The translations under genes were made by a program, and so were the position numbers. Shown here in pieces: positions 14,501 to 29,500 of a stretch of DNA of 63,096 bases. The stretch's first letter is position 1. Each line of letters begins with the position of its first letter. Source of the stretch: Phoronis australis. Lineage: Eukaryota; Animalia; Phoronida. The stretch is from the NCBI GenBank assembly GCA_002633005.1, contig NMRA01000139.1:434001-497096 (forward strand), in the 5' to 3' direction. The notes beneath the pieces are model-generated. The model saw only the letters and a program-made list of their open reading frames with translations. It ran no database searches and was not told where the DNA came from.

Positions 14501-17500
14501 GCAAATGTATTCATGTGATGTTGACAATGGATGATGACGACTTTCGGACAGATCTGACTACCAGTGTGCCCCTTAAAAAAGTGTCAGTTTTAGCTTGGAC
14601 ATACACTAAGAAGACCAACAAGTAGCACTTCCGGACATGCATTAAAGTGGAACCCACAGGGTAAACGAAATAGAGGCAGACCAAGAATGACCTGGAGAAG
14701 ATGCATCACCGGTGACATGGAGAGGTTAGGATACTCATGGAGACAGCCAGAAGGAATCGCCCAGGACAGAACAAAATGGAACTCTCTGATTCGTGGCCAA
14801 TACCCTGGTAGGGGTGACGGTCATTGATGATGATGATTTTATGAAGTTGACATCAGAGGACGATGACTTTCGAGCGAATCTGACTATCAGCGTGCCCCAT
14901 AGTGGCAATTTTAATTTTTAACGTTTACGCATGTATGTTACTAATATGAAGAAAGGGGCTGGCATTCTTGCAATGATTTTCCGATGACCTCAACAACTGT
15001 GGCACCTCCTAGTGACAGTTTTTTATGTCATGGCTGTGTCTCCTAAACCCTCCGCAGGATCTTCATTAGAGCTTGCAAGTGTATTTATACGAACTTGACA
15101 ACAAAGGACGACGACTTGCGGATGGATCTTACTACTGGTGTGCCCTCTAGTGGCAATTCTAGTTTTTAATTTTAGCTCTGTATCTTCGAAGGTACTCAAC
15201 AGATTTTCATGAAATTTGGCAGATAGGCATCTATTAGTGAGTTGACGCTATCCTCCGGTCTGACGATGATTTTTCGAAGACTTCATCTACCGTGGCGCCT
15301 CTTAGTCACAGTTATGTTTTTTCTGCATGTATAGCGTCCTTGTGGCAATTTCATTTTTTCGTTTTCCTCGGTTTGTCAGAAGTTCCGTGACGGATTTTCA
15401 TGAAATTTGGTAAATAGCTTTGATGACACATACCAGTTTTCGGATGGATTCAACGTAGTTTGCGTCATCTGGTTGCCATTTTTATGTTCCAAATAAACAC
15501 CCCTAGTAGCACACCATTTGCGATGCATTCGTGGGCGCATTTGAACGCTCCGCGTTGCTCTTATATGCAACTTTTTGATTTTTGTATGAAAATCTTGCTA
15601 TTTTTGGTAGTCCCTCATGCAAAAGTACATTTAAAGACAATTCCAAAGAGCATGTTAGAGACCAGTGTATGAAGCATGTGATCTGAAAGTTCCCTGTGAA
15701 TCTGTCCTGCCATTTCTGATGTATATTGTTACAAAATTATTCAAATTTGAACATTTTTGGTTATAGTTAGCAACAGAGGTTCTGCATTTTGAGCAGAGCT
15801 TGGAATAGAGAACTTCTTCTCTTAGGGTTTGGATTTCCTCTTATTTGATTTCCAGTTCTTCTTTTTGTCTCTTTTCTAATATTATTTTGACTTTATTTTT
15901 GCAAAAAATTTATTTCAGTTAAATTTTACAACACACAAAAGTATATGTCTCGGACTATTTATTTGTGGAGCGATAGATCACCTGGAAATTTTTCCTCTTT
16001 TTTGTCATTGGTCATTCCAAGCCCTGTTTGAGAACCAGTCTCCTCTAATGAATAATAAGCATTGAACTGGTTCTCAAACTCCGGGACATCTGTTAGTGAC
16101 TATTGCCCATTTTTGTAGGTTCTTACATAACCTAAAGCTTTACATTCAAATAAAAATTGACATATCTTGTTGAATTAGAAAGTTTTGCTCTTGATTTGAG
16201 GCGTAGTACACTGCAGTTTTCCTGTCATGTTTTAGTGAAAGCATGGTAGTCATGAACTCGGGTTACGGTAAAAGTTCCTGAATTTAGGACAGCGAAAAAA
16301 TAATTATTTTGAACTTGTCCGAAATTTTAGAAATAGGCATTATTGTCCGTCCGAAATTCAAGAAATATGAGCACGATGGCAAAATCGACAGTGTCCGAAA
16401 TCTTAGAGAATTTCTGCGCTTAGCTGCCGACAATATTTCGATTTGCGGTTTTAGACCGTTTGAACAGTCACGCAGATTTGTGATCATTATTGCTGACAAG
16501 AAATTTACAAGATATCCTCAAAAACATAAACAGCAATGTTACTGACTCTGAACACAATCAACTTATCAAACTTTGTGATAGGAAATATGTAGTATATTTG
16601 TCGTGTAACATGCCGTGACTGATTATTCGCAGTATCCATTGGTGCTCAACGTCTTCACGTTAAACTGTTGGCCAACCAAACACAGACGACGCGACTGCAG
16701 TATCGTAACCCTAGTTTGTTTATGGGGCAGCGCGTGCGACATACTTTTGAGTCACCTGTCACTCAAACAGACCACCGAAACAGCGTTCACACCAACGAGA
16801 TGCATGTACATAAGGTCCCCGTAGTCTTAGCTGGATTACCTACCTGGGCAATTATTTGACAATTACAGGACTGATGCTTTATGCGACTGGGGTATAGTCA
16901 GTCAAAAGTTTGGAATCGTTATTCCAAAACGTAGCAGTAGGCCAGATCACAATTTAACCAAGGTAGAGTCTACATAGTTCTAACTGCAAAACACCACGTG
17001 CAAGTGAATTTTCAAGTAGGTGGCTACAAGGGCGTTAGCTTGTTCAACGCAAATTAGGTGGCTTCAAAATTCTTGACCTTGGTGCGAGAGAGTCCAAGCA
17101 CTTCGTGTAGAATACAAAATAGGCTAGTAAATAGGATGTCAGTAAGGAGACATAAAGATATATTTACAACATGAACATTTTTAATGTATACTGCGCAACA
17201 AATTAGGACATGGATTTTTGCTTTTCACAAAGTCTGTTTTAAGTTGACACTGAACGACATCGTTTTGCCAATTCGGACCCATGGCATAGCGAAGGTTGGG
17301 GTGCCGAGAGGGCCGCAGGTTCGCAGAAAAAAAATTGAAGCTGTGAACCCAGGATTCAACTTGGTAACACAATGATCTCATCACCGGTACTTATTAATTA
17401 GCTGTTAATCCAAATAAAAAAGCGTCACACTATGGCGATTATGTGAAAGTCGGAGAACATATGTTTCATTTGCATAGTTAAACCACGATCAAGCGTCGCA

Positions 17501-20500
17501 AATATTTCGAGTCTGTGATTACGACTGCCAAGAAAAGGTGAGAGATATACACAAACCATCCACAATGATAACTATAGGCTGCTACGTCTGTCAATACATT
17601 ACACCGGTGGCAGTTTTAAACGATGTGTAAGTAATTACCAATCATATGAAAAAGCGCAGTGTCCGAAATGTGAGAATTATGGCTCATGCCGCTAAAATTG
17701 TTGTGTCTGAAATTTGAGAAATATAGTCAATGCCAAATTCGACCGTGTCCCAAATTTCAGAATCAAAAAGATTCAGTTTGGGGTTGGATTTAGGTGTCCG
17801 AAATTCGGGAGACTGTCTTAAATCCAGAAATTTTTACCGTACTCATAAACGCAAAATTTGTCTCAAATCTTCCCAAACTGTGATATAGTGTCAGAAGGCC
17901 ATCCATTACGATATGATTGGTCATAGTTTTCGTAAACTAGACTGCTGCTTACTAATCACGGGTGATCTCTTAATTGTTGCTATGTTTGAAACCAGTTGCT
18001 ATCATGGCTAGGAAAATGTGTTGAGGCATTTATTTGGGTTAGTTGGCCTATACAGTGATTTGGAGGTCTAGATCATAAGTAGACTTAGGTAGGAAGCAAA
18101 TGCCTGTTTAAATGAGAATTTTTCAACTTAGTATGTGACCTTAACATCCTTTTGCTTCTTTTCAGTGGCTACCTTTTCACGCAAAAATTATCGAATATCA
18201 GTGTTCAGGTGAGTGGGTGTCTTGCTACTTTCAAACTAGTCCCTGTTTGTGATTGCACTGAATGTACAAAATAGGACCGTCTTGGTTTACAAAGCGACAC
18301 TCGAATCATCTACAACACCGTAATATTCATCACATTCTTTTTTAGCCACTCACTTTTTGCGCCATTGGAGTTCCAAATGTTTTTTTGATGTTTCCTTATT
18401 CCTCCCATGGTTCCTTTGGCTGGATTTCTCTGATGGTCCTTCCAATGCCAACAAAGTACTATTGCTGTGCTTGGGCTGATGAATGAAAGTTGGATTAACT
18501 TGCCAAATAAGTACCTTCCTGACATCAAGCAAAGACTTCAGATTAATTTTGAAGTGAATGTATTTAATTTTAAACAGTTTAAATCGCCGGGAATACGCCA
18601 CGTCTGTTTCTGACCTGGCGTGTGACAATATGGCTGACAGGTTTCTTAATTCCAAGACTAAGAAGAGCTCACTTGCTGTATAATGTGAGATGACCTTATT
18701 AACATCTCAGCTCATGTGGAAGCCCATGGCTTAATATACAGAAATGGTCAATATAAGCCCATTCTCGCTTTTTTCAATTGCCATATATGTTCATGTCCAC
18801 CTATCACACAATTGAATGCTCGTATTAGTTAAGACATTGAAATACCGTATTCACTCTAATAAGCACCCATGCCCCTATAAGCGCCCATGCCCCTATAAGC
18901 GCCCCCAAGCGTTTTCAGACTTTTCTAAAATAAGCGCCCAGGCCATGAATACCGTGTACGGTACATGCGAAAAATGCCTTACTTACAGTTCTACAGTAAC
19001 GTCTTTAATTTATCAATATGATCAGGCTGTCCTGATAAACGCAGAATTTGTAGACCACAAGCCTTGCTGCTATGTCGGTATTTAGCCGTGACAGCTCTTC
19101 AAACTTCCGCCGTACTTCAAAAAGAACGCTGAAGTTTTGCAGATCTTGCGAGGGAGTGTCTTATTATGGTCTGACCTTTCAGAACAGACAGACACAGCGT
19201 ACTTGTCAATGGGATTGCATTGTATCTTTCCCATACAGATCTTCTCCCTCAACAGGAATCCAAATTTCTTTGTATACGTGAATACCGCGAATCGAAAACT
19301 AATAAAACTTGACCTTTGTTAAAAGCACGTGGCCAGGAAGCACGTGCTGCATACAAGCACCTGTCATCGAAGATAAGTCTTCGGGAACTATCTATTCATG
19401 AAACCGGTAGCATCGGCAAGAAATAATTACTGGCACTTATTTCCGAAAGTGTGTAATATCTTAAAAAACGTTTGTGTTATTGTTAGGAGGAATTATTAAA
19501 TTAATCGTAATTGGTGTTTTTAAAGTCAAATGACCCACTGATAGCGAACACTTCCGCAACCTTACACCCCCGGAATCTCCCTAAAAATAACTGTTAGACT
19601 GTCGTGCATCTAGTCACCCGGCAACTCAATATTGGCCTTGCTGAGACAATTCTTGAACGTTTGTTAGCAGATCAACAAGTGCTAAATAAAACATGTTCTG
19701 CTTTATTGCCTGTGTTAATTTCTTTAGTCGCACACCTAGATCATTACATTGCGTTTACTCTGGCAAATGAACTCTGATGACACGCACACGCTCGCTCACT
19801 CACACACGCAGACAAACTTCAAAACAAACATCACGTGACAACAACATTAATGTGTTCGTCCAGAGATTTTTCTTCTGTTGCGGAGTATGATCTAGGGCAG
19901 ATTTGGATTTAATATGCAGTTAATCCCGACTCCACAGGAACTTTAAAATGTTAGGGACGCTATTTTGAAAACTTGAGGACTTCAGGTAATTTGTTGAGTC
20001 CAAACTATATTTTTACTCAAGAATTCAAGTTGATCTATCGGCGATCACGAGGCAGTGACGCATCAGTCGGCAAGTTTCCGCACTGAGATTTTCTGAAAAA
20101 TTCTCGTAATTTAACAACAAAGTTTGATAGCAATTCACTGCAATTTTGTAGAAACTTTCATAGGTTATCGATGTGTCACAGAGCGTAAATTTGATGAATT
20201 CTAGCTCATAATTATGATTTCACCTGTTTCAGGGACCTGGTTTCAACCACTTTGGGCTATAATAAGCACCCCACCTTCTTGAAGCAAACTTTTCCAAGTG
20301 CCCTGTGCGCTTATTAGAGCGAATACGGTAGTTGGTTTTCAATGGTCAGTTTTTGAAGATCTGTTTCCCTGTTACTTAATACAGTATGCTGAGGGTATAT
20401 TAACTTGGCGATCAACTGGAAAATAAGTCGGGATGCTACACATGAAAAAGTCAGCCTTTTGCTGAGTTTTGTTCTAGTAACACTCGTGTAGGCGATAGTT

Positions 20501-23500
20501 AGAAAATAACATGACCCTTTTGTGTAGTTAACACCCAGATTGTTCCATTCTGTCCAGAGAATTAGTGCATTCAAAACAAGTAACTGAACAACACCTCAAC
20601 AATGCGCCCTCTATGGAGGTATTAGTGGATGCCAAAAGTAATCGCACATACTAAATACAAAGTGGACTTGTCTGAGGCTGGTCATTCTGTCTAAATCCTT
20701 AGTTTCCACCTTCCACTTTCTGGTTGTGCTGGTTGCTATGGCAGCTGTCAGCTAAGTCGTCATGTCATGATGAAGAGTCTGTCTTGTCTGGTTGTGCTGG
20801 GTGCTATGACAGCAGTCAGCCCAGCCGTCATGACATGGTGTGGAGTCACTCTTGTCTGGTTGTGCTGGGTGCTATGACAGCAGTCAGCCCAGCCGTCATG
20901 ACATGGTGTGGAGTCACTCTTGTCTGGTTGTGCTGGGTGCTATGACAGCAGTCAGCCCAGCCGTCATGACATGATGAGGAGTCACTCTTGTCTGGTTGTG
21001 CTGGGTGCTATGACAGCAGTCAGCCCAGCCGTCATGACATGATGAGGAGTCACTCTTGTCTGGTTGTGCTGGTTGCTATGACCGCAGTCAGCCCAGCCGT
21101 CATGACATGATGAGGAGTCACTCTTGTCTGGTTGTGCTGGTTGCTATGACCAGGGCTTGGAATTTTCCGCGGAAACGCGGATTTCCGCTTTTTTCAAATG
21201 TGCTTTCCGCTTTTTTATAATATTTCCGCGTAAAAAAATCGGATTTGATATAAAATTTCCGCGGCAAATTCCGTTCTTACCGCGGCGTTGCAGATTCACC
21301 TCGAAAAGCGGAAGTTGCTCTTTATGTTTCGGAGGAACGTAAATTGTCAACATTGCCGGGGCATCTGGGATAGCGTGGTGGATTTTCAATGGCGTCTCGT
21401 GTTATTCTTAAGCGCGGCGACAAATACTACCGCTCTGCAGCCAAAAATGTGTGGGTTGGGAGTGTGGACGGGCGAGCTAAAAGGACGCAGACGCATGCTA
21501 CTGATGGTGGTAACCTTTTTTTTTTTAGTCCTCCCGATTTTTGTCGGGGAAAGGTTTCACATTGACCATTTCAAGGCTGGTTATCGGGCATGATTTGGGC
21601 CGTAAAAGTTTCAAAGTTTCCGCGTTTTTTGTCATTAGTCATTCCAAGCCCTGTATGACGGCTGTCAGCCCAGCCATCATGTCATGATGAGGAGTCATTC
21701 TTGTCTGGTTACGATTGGCATGTTCCATGTTTGTGATTATGCTTTGGGACTTGTCATGAATGATGTGATTGGTGTTTTCTCTATGTCTTGTTACAGGCAT
21801 TGGCTCCCCTCGAGTTTAAAAATGAAGTGTTCACCATATTGCAATTTAGCATTCTAGGCGTGTTTCATGAGAAGAACTACGATTATGGGAAAGCTAACTG
21901 CAGAGACTCTGCTTTGCTATGGGTATGACTACAACAATATTTGTATTTATTTACTAAACTAGGTTGTATATTGATGTGAAAGTGTTTTAAAATATTGTTT
22001 TGTTGTAAAAAGTGGTGCCATGGCTGTACCTGAGGTTTTAACATTCCGGAGACTGCAAGGTCCTGGACAGATGTTAATTTTGATTGAGCAGTCTGCGGCA
22101 ATGTGGTTTGTCCTGAAATTACTCACAAATTCCGAGAAAGAAATATTTTCTCTGACCATAATTAATTATGTACGCAATGGAATACTCACATCTGCTTTAT
22201 GCAGTCATTTCCATTGACAAAATCCTCTTAAAGGTAAAGGCAACCTTTTTTCATGTCATTTTGAGCAAAAATAGGGTTCGTTGATTATCCCAGACATATG
22301 TTTCAGTTACTTACAGCTTTTCGTAATTTAATTAATTACTCATCATCTACTCCGGAAGTGACGTTTTGGGAGGCAAGAATTTCGTGCCAATTTCTTCTCA
22401 TACAGTCTGACTGTGAAAGCAGTCGAGTCAGTCATTGTTCTACCTCGGTTGTGATAAGTTCGGTTGTCGTTTGCTTTTGTTTACGAGTCAATCAACATGC
22501 CATGCTGTTGCTACCTACCAAGATGTACTCATTATCGTCTCACGTACAGAGGAAGAACTGTCCCACTTGCCCGAGTGGATGGTGACTTGAGTACCCAAAC
22601 TGCTTACATCCCGCCGTGCGACTCCCTCATCACACACGTGGCACCTTTCTGAATAGCTCCAATACAAGTCCACAATAAACTTATCAAAATTAGGCTCACC
22701 GATCTGTTCATTGGATGACGAACTTTCCTTTACACTGGGTGTCAAACTGGGCCTGTATTCACTCCAACTACTCAACATCGCTGCAGGGCTGCTTACAGGC
22801 TCTGGGCTAGAGAAAACAGCACACAGGGAGTTCCAGGAATTGCACGCTATGGGGTACGTTCGGAGGCATGGGTGACAGTAGATGAAGTGCCTCCAGTCAC
22901 TGTATATAGTGGCCACAGCTCGCGAGGCTTCTCGCTTCAAAAACGCACTTCTCGGGGGTGGCGACGGGGCACTGCTGGGAATCAACAGTGACGGTATGGA
23001 ACCCTTCTTCAGGCGTTGTTTCGCAGGGACCTTCATCAATTCAGCGTACATATCTCTGTCGTAATATGACGGCTGAAAATGCTTGCCACTGCTTTGTCCG
23101 TTGCGTGAACGGGTTGCGCTGTGTTCTTCACAGGAATGAGCTAGCCAAGTACGGCGAAGTGTGTCATCCTTCGGAAAGCGATGCCAGGTACCCAAAGCGC
23201 GTGTGAGACGATAATGAGTACATCCTGGTACGCAGCAACAGCGTGGCATGTTGAATGACTCGTAAACAAAAGCAAACGACGACCGAACTTATCACATCCA
23301 AGGTAGAACAATGACTGACTTGACAGCTCTCACAGTGTGACTGTATGAAAAGAAATTGGCGCGAAACTCTTGCCTCCCAAAACGTCACTTATGGAGTAGA
23401 GGACGAGAAATTAAATAAATTACGAAAAGCTGTAATTAAGTGAAAAATATGTCTGAGATAATCAACAGACCTTATTTGTGCTAAAAGTGACCTGAAAAAA

Positions 23501-26500
23501 GGTTGCCTTCGCCTTTAACAGACTGGGTGCTGAATGCCATCTCTGGTAGCCATTGTGTTTGCTCAGTGGCAGGTTATGCTGAAACAAGATTTGAGACTTC
23601 CTGATAGAGCATCATGTCATTTCATTTCAGAGGAGTGGCATTAAGGATTTCCTGTGCCAGAACTGGGTCACGGAGGTGTATCACTTTGACAACTCTAGTT
23701 TGTTCCCAAACAATGACAGCTACCTTATCTGTAACTCCAACGCAATGACGCCTTACTACAAGATATATAACATAAGTAATGTGAGTACAGGCTAGTGTGA
23801 ATGGGAAAACGAGATTATTTGAGCTAGCCTTGCTACAAGATATATAACATAAGTAATGTGAGTACAGGCTAGTGCAAATGGGAAAACGAGATTATTTGAG
23901 CTAGCCTTACTACAAGATATACAACATAAGTAAGGTGAGTACAGGCTAGTGTGAATGGGAAAACGAGATTATTTGAGCTAGCCTTACTACAAGATATATA
24001 ACATAAGTAATGTGAGTACAGGCTAGTGTGAATTGGAAAACGAGATTATTTGAGCTAGTCATGATAAGTCGTCTCTGCAGTGTAAATGCGAAGGCATAGT
24101 GACTTGAGCCCATAAGGATTTATCTACTTAAAGTAAGCCAATGCTGGGTATTAGACAGCCGCATTTGCTCTCCTTGAGACTAATGTGAGCACTGCATTGC
24201 TGTCACCATTGTCCAAATGTGCATGTCCTGTAATGCACTACTCGTACGAGCACTGGCCAAAATGAGAATGATTTTACCATTATCCAGAGAACTGAGAATT
24301 AGATATTTTTGGCTTTGATCTTAGGATCATCATTTGGGGCTTGGCTATTCAGTGTCTATAAGGGTAATAAAGTAATAATTATCTCAGCTAGGATCATACA
24401 CCCTTTGTGAATCTGTGTTTAGTTACACAGTCTATTTTTAACAGTTGTACGACCTTGCATGTCAAAATTCTAAGCCACCATGCCGATACCCCCCCCCCTT
24501 ACAAGCCCAAAATGCTATACTGGACATCAAATCTGTAGTAAATTATCAAATTTGGGTCAGTCTTGAAAACTTAGGACACTGGAATTCAAACCTAAATTTT
24601 TGATTCCGAAGATTGAGACATAATATGGGTGATTTTTTTTAGTCATATTTCTCGAATATTGAACACTTGGCTTAGTATCTACAGTCTGGAAATAGACTTG
24701 GCAGTTTTTATGTGTCGCCATAGTGCACGACACCGAGGTGAATGGATGTTTGTCAATATCATAATTCTTGAATCTGGGACTGCCAATATTGCCTATTTAT
24801 AGAATTTAGTGCAAGCACTGTCTTTGAGCAAAATATTCAATTTTCACTGTCCCAAACTAAGAGAAGTTTTACTGGCCCGTAATGATTTTGTCATGCATCT
24901 ACATGATTGTATGTAATACATATGGTCGCTTATTGTCGTCATCTCTGTCTGGGCATCAAGTTTCCTGTCGTTCACAATCTGAATCTTTATCTCTTAAGCC
25001 CCCGGCAGATTTCATAGGCGGATTTAGGAGGGGGGGCCCAGGGGGCCTGCCTCCCCCCCCTTGGCTGCTGCAAAAAAATAAAACAGCAAGAGCATAGGGA
25101 GATGTTGAGTTTATCAATTAACCCCAGTAATTAACATTATATGGCGGAAACAAAATTTAAATGTGTGCAGTTTTAGTGTGTTTTGGGGGGGGGCTCAGAT
25201 CCAATTTCAAGTGTCAAATTCGGAACACGGCTCAATCATAACGAAACTATGGCTAAGTATAGGCTCTCCCGCGATATCCCAGGCAACCGGCAGTGGCGCT
25301 GCACACTACGACTCCGTTTCCGTCGTCTGCTTCACTGTGCAATGAAGAAAATTACTTCATTTCTTTAAAAAAATGGAATCTGAGTGACGATGAAAAAACA
25401 GAAGCTGCTGGTAAGATGTGAATTTTAATCGAAGCCTTAGTGAATCACTCAGAAAATCATAATTTTCGCTTTGTCAAACCTTAACTGAAGACAATTTCCA
25501 AAGCAATCGCGTCTATAATGCCAACACAAAAAACGGATTTGGTCTTTTGGGCAATTGAAGAATATTTTAAATACAACAAATTTGTTACGAACTGATTTCA
25601 CAAAGTACAAAAAGTGTGTAATAAGCATTACAAAAAGAAGTAGGTTTCACGTGCAAACGCTGTGGACCATAAACAAGTAGGTCTCTTATTATCAAATTAT
25701 GAGTGAAATAGTGGTGGTGCAGTGGTAAAGCACCCGCACTCTATCCGCCAGGTCGTGAATTCGAGTCTGTGATGATTGCAGTTTTTCATGTTTGACACGA
25801 TCTTAGTGTTTTTTTCTTTCTCTTTGCATTTTTTGGATAATACTTCACGAATCAAGGAAAATGCTTGATTTTTAGAGGCAAAAACAGAAAAATTTTCCTG
25901 TGCGGGAGGGGGGGACGAACCCCCTCCCGACCTCCTCCCATTCGGTGCTATGCGCATCTAATCGTGCATTGCACAAATGTTTTCAGACAATATGTTGGGC
26001 CCCCCCTTATGATATCCTAGATCCGCCACTGGATTTTCATTATATTTGGTATATGTGTACCCGTGAACCTGCCAATCAACAGCGACAACTTCAGACTGAT
26101 CCGATTACATGTGTGGTCACATGTTAACATCATCTGTGTCCGGCTGTCTGGCATCCACTGATGTTTCTCCAAAACCTCGTAAATGATCTTCTTCAAACTT
26201 GACTGATGTGTTCCAGTGGAGCTGAAAACAGTTGTTGATAACTTTCAGATAAATTGGATGATCACTATGCCCCCTAGTGGTAATTCTACTACTTATGCTT
26301 CAGTGTTCTCCACAATAACAATTCTAAACTCGACGCAAATTTCTAGAGTTCAGTATCAGTAGTCAACACTATAGTGTTAAAACATCTCTGCTGGAGGTAT
26401 TTTTGTGGGATCTATGTTTCAAAAATGTACATTGAACTGGTCAGGTGTGACCTACTTTTTAACACTTTGTAGGGCCTACTCGTGAAAACCGCTTATGATC

Positions 26501-29500
26501 GTCTCACGAATAGAAAAATTGTTGTTAAAAGCACGTGGCCAGGAAGCGCGCGCTACATACCTGTCACTTGACATCGGCAAGAAATAAATATCGGGCACAA
26601 ATTTCAGAAAGTTTCTAATGCTGTAAAAGCTGTTGTGTTGTTTTTAAGAGAGATTGCCTTATTAATCACTTTTCAATGAATTCATAATTGGTATTTTTAA
26701 AGTAAACTACCTGATAAAATGCCCCACTAATAGTGGACACCTCCGCCCCCGAATCTGTCTGAAAATAACTCAGACTCACACATCCAGTCAACCGGCGACT
26801 CAACGACATTCGGCCTTAGGCCCTACCGAGACAAATCTGGCACGTTTTAATAGTAGATGTGATCAGCAAGTGCTAAATAAAACGCGTTCTCGTGATGCTG
26901 CTTGACTGTGTTATTTCCTTAGTTACAATGCACACCTCCGGCAAATGAACGCTGATGACACGCACGTGCTCGCTCGCTCACACACGCAGACGATCTTCAA
27001 AACAAAGGTCACGTGACTACGACGTGTGTTCGTCCAGAGATTTTTCTCACATTGCTGGTTACAATCTTGCACAGATTTAAACCTATCGTGTTCATAATAC
27101 CGACTCCACAGGAATTAAAATCTTAGGGACGCTATTTGGAAAACTTAAGTGAGGATTTCAGGTAATTTGTTGAGTCGATTTTATTCAAGCTGCCCTGTCG
27201 ACGATCGCTAGGCAGCGGCGCAAAAAGTCGGCGTGTTTTTGTTCTGGGATTTCAGCACGATTTTCTGTAGAATGATTGTAATTTAACAATGACGAAGTTT
27301 GATAGCAACGCGCCACAGTTTTGTTGTTTTATTGAAAGCCTGTCACAAGCTACAGATACATCACATAGCGTAAATTTGATGAATCCTAGCTTCCGATTTC
27401 ACCCCTTTCTGAGACCGGGTATCAACCGGCTTGAGTTACAATAAGTGCCCGCGCCCCGAGCACCTTAATACGGCGATTACGGTGCCGTTTAACTGTCTCT
27501 TACTAAAGTGAACTACCGGTATATGTTAACTGTTGGTAAAATCAGGCTCTGATTAGATGCTGAGGGCTGCAGTACCAAGTCGGCCAAGGTTTTAAACCTG
27601 GCGCGGCAATTTTTAAACTTGACACTCTTTTCCCAAACTGGACGGGGCAAAATCCAAACTCGTTACCACGTCAAGTCAAAACAGGTCGTGGAGAACAGTG
27701 TGTTGTCTCTATGTATCTTCTGAGTTCCTTGATGAGTTTTTATAAAACTCAGCTAATATGTTTCTATTAAGCAGACGACAAGACCTTCTCATAAGCAGAC
27801 GACAAGACCTCTCATTTTCAACATATTCTCCTCCATCCAGTGCAGGGGGNGGGGGGGCTGTGGTTTTGCCTTTGTCTCAAAGTTTCTCTACTAATGTATG
27901 ATAACATGAAAATGAATTTATTCCAGGGAAAGTTTCAAGAGGTCGACGATTTACTCTACCAAGGCTCGTTTAATCATGGTCCTCGTTGTCAATTCAACCC
28001 AGCTCCATACGATTTCAACTTGTGTGAGAGCTTCAAGGGTAAGAAGGTGTAATTGCAACAATTATATAATGATTCTCATAATTATGATGATAGTAATGTG
28101 TTTCTTCATTGTTGCTGCTTGTAGCTAAGGCCTTGTTCAGACTGTCTGGGTGGCTGTATAGCTGTGAGGCATATGGTGCTAGCTAACGATGGATCTGACG
28201 GTTGGCAGATTTCAGTTTAACTTGACATAGCTGGTGGCAAACTGCAATCATGCTTTTTGTCTCGTGGAGTAACCAACGTTGCTGCAGTAGTTTAAATTGT
28301 TTAAAATTACATTTGCAGGGATAAACCCAGGTTTCAAAACCCCACTCGCCCTCTGGGCAAGTGAGCCAGAAAATCTACTCGCCGAGCCCAAAGTTTAGTC
28401 GCCCTTCTATTTCGCATCGGTCACCACAAACTTGCTGCCATTGTCAATAAAATGATTGTTTCGTGCGTTGGTCACCATCTACTAGGGCTAGTATCACTTT
28501 TGGAAAATGTAAAATTCCTACCAAGAAACTTTCGATGTCTATGAATTTCAGCAACTAATCTTTTCCTTGAGTATACTAAATTATTTACCGTTCTTGAAAA
28601 AATTGGCGTTCTTCCGTTATTCTGCTGCTAAAACTGCGGCACGATCTTTTGCGTCGGGGTTTTGGCGCCATGAAATATTGTATCCCCCATTGGCCAGTTT
28701 CTTCAATCAACTGTTAATTCTTTCATGATGTTGCATACACGTCACAACAAATTATCTCAATTTGTTTCACTTGATTATTACTTTATAATAGTTTATTACC
28801 ATCAAAGGTAATTTCAGAACAAATTTTGCAGCTGCGAAGCTGCCATCATAACTCAAGAGATGTCGCAAAACTTTAGGAGATGGCGCATGTGCGTGTCACG
28901 AGCATACTGTTTTCAAAACGACGAAATACTTTTCTTTGTTACAAAATTCGAGAATTCCGCAAGAAAATAACTTTTCTTAAATTGTCTGCTGTAACGGGCA
29001 AGGTGAGTGTTGGTTGACTCCCAAATTTTGCATGCACCCTTGGCGATCTTAAGCTCTACATGTTGATACTAGTTTAACGGCGAGGTGACCAGCAGAACTA
29101 CCCAGGCTGTGTGCACTTTCAAGGTCTGCCGGAGCTCAACACACAGTGGTACCTAACTGTATTTTGACAATAGTCTTCATACAGCTAGCTGGGTGGCTGG
29201 CTATGCAAGACGATATGTTATCCAACACAGTAACTACATTTTAATTATAATTGCATGCTGTCTTCTGTGTCTTGAAGCCAGGGATGCCCTTACTGCCAAT
29301 CAGATTTAATCACACCTTCTGTTGTTTTCCCATAATCTGTACGTTTTCTTTTTTTACTTAGAAGGACGGCGGACTCCCTCTAAAAAATCTCACATTGTTG
29401 TGCTTGACAAATGAAAATGAGAACACCCAAGACGATAGCACATGCACCAGTCGTGCACAAGTTGACGTGCTTATCATGATTCTGTCTCATGTGGACTAGA

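Noticed and set aside
20718-21710. Regular repeats as a CRISPR array (also 23751-24058 and 35639-36054)
   Set aside because: The units are head-to-tail with no unique spacers, there are no cas genes, and the context is eukaryotic introns; these are minisatellites.
22515-23249. 244-aa ORF as a functional host THAP gene
   Set aside because: It is bounded by TIRs and TTAA, has lost a zinc ligand, and its C-terminus runs into the inverted arm.
29362-29499. Exon-like open frame after a pyrimidine tract
   Set aside because: It sits inside the 28316-30202 element, ends in a stop without a convincing donor, and is not needed for the semaphorin frame.
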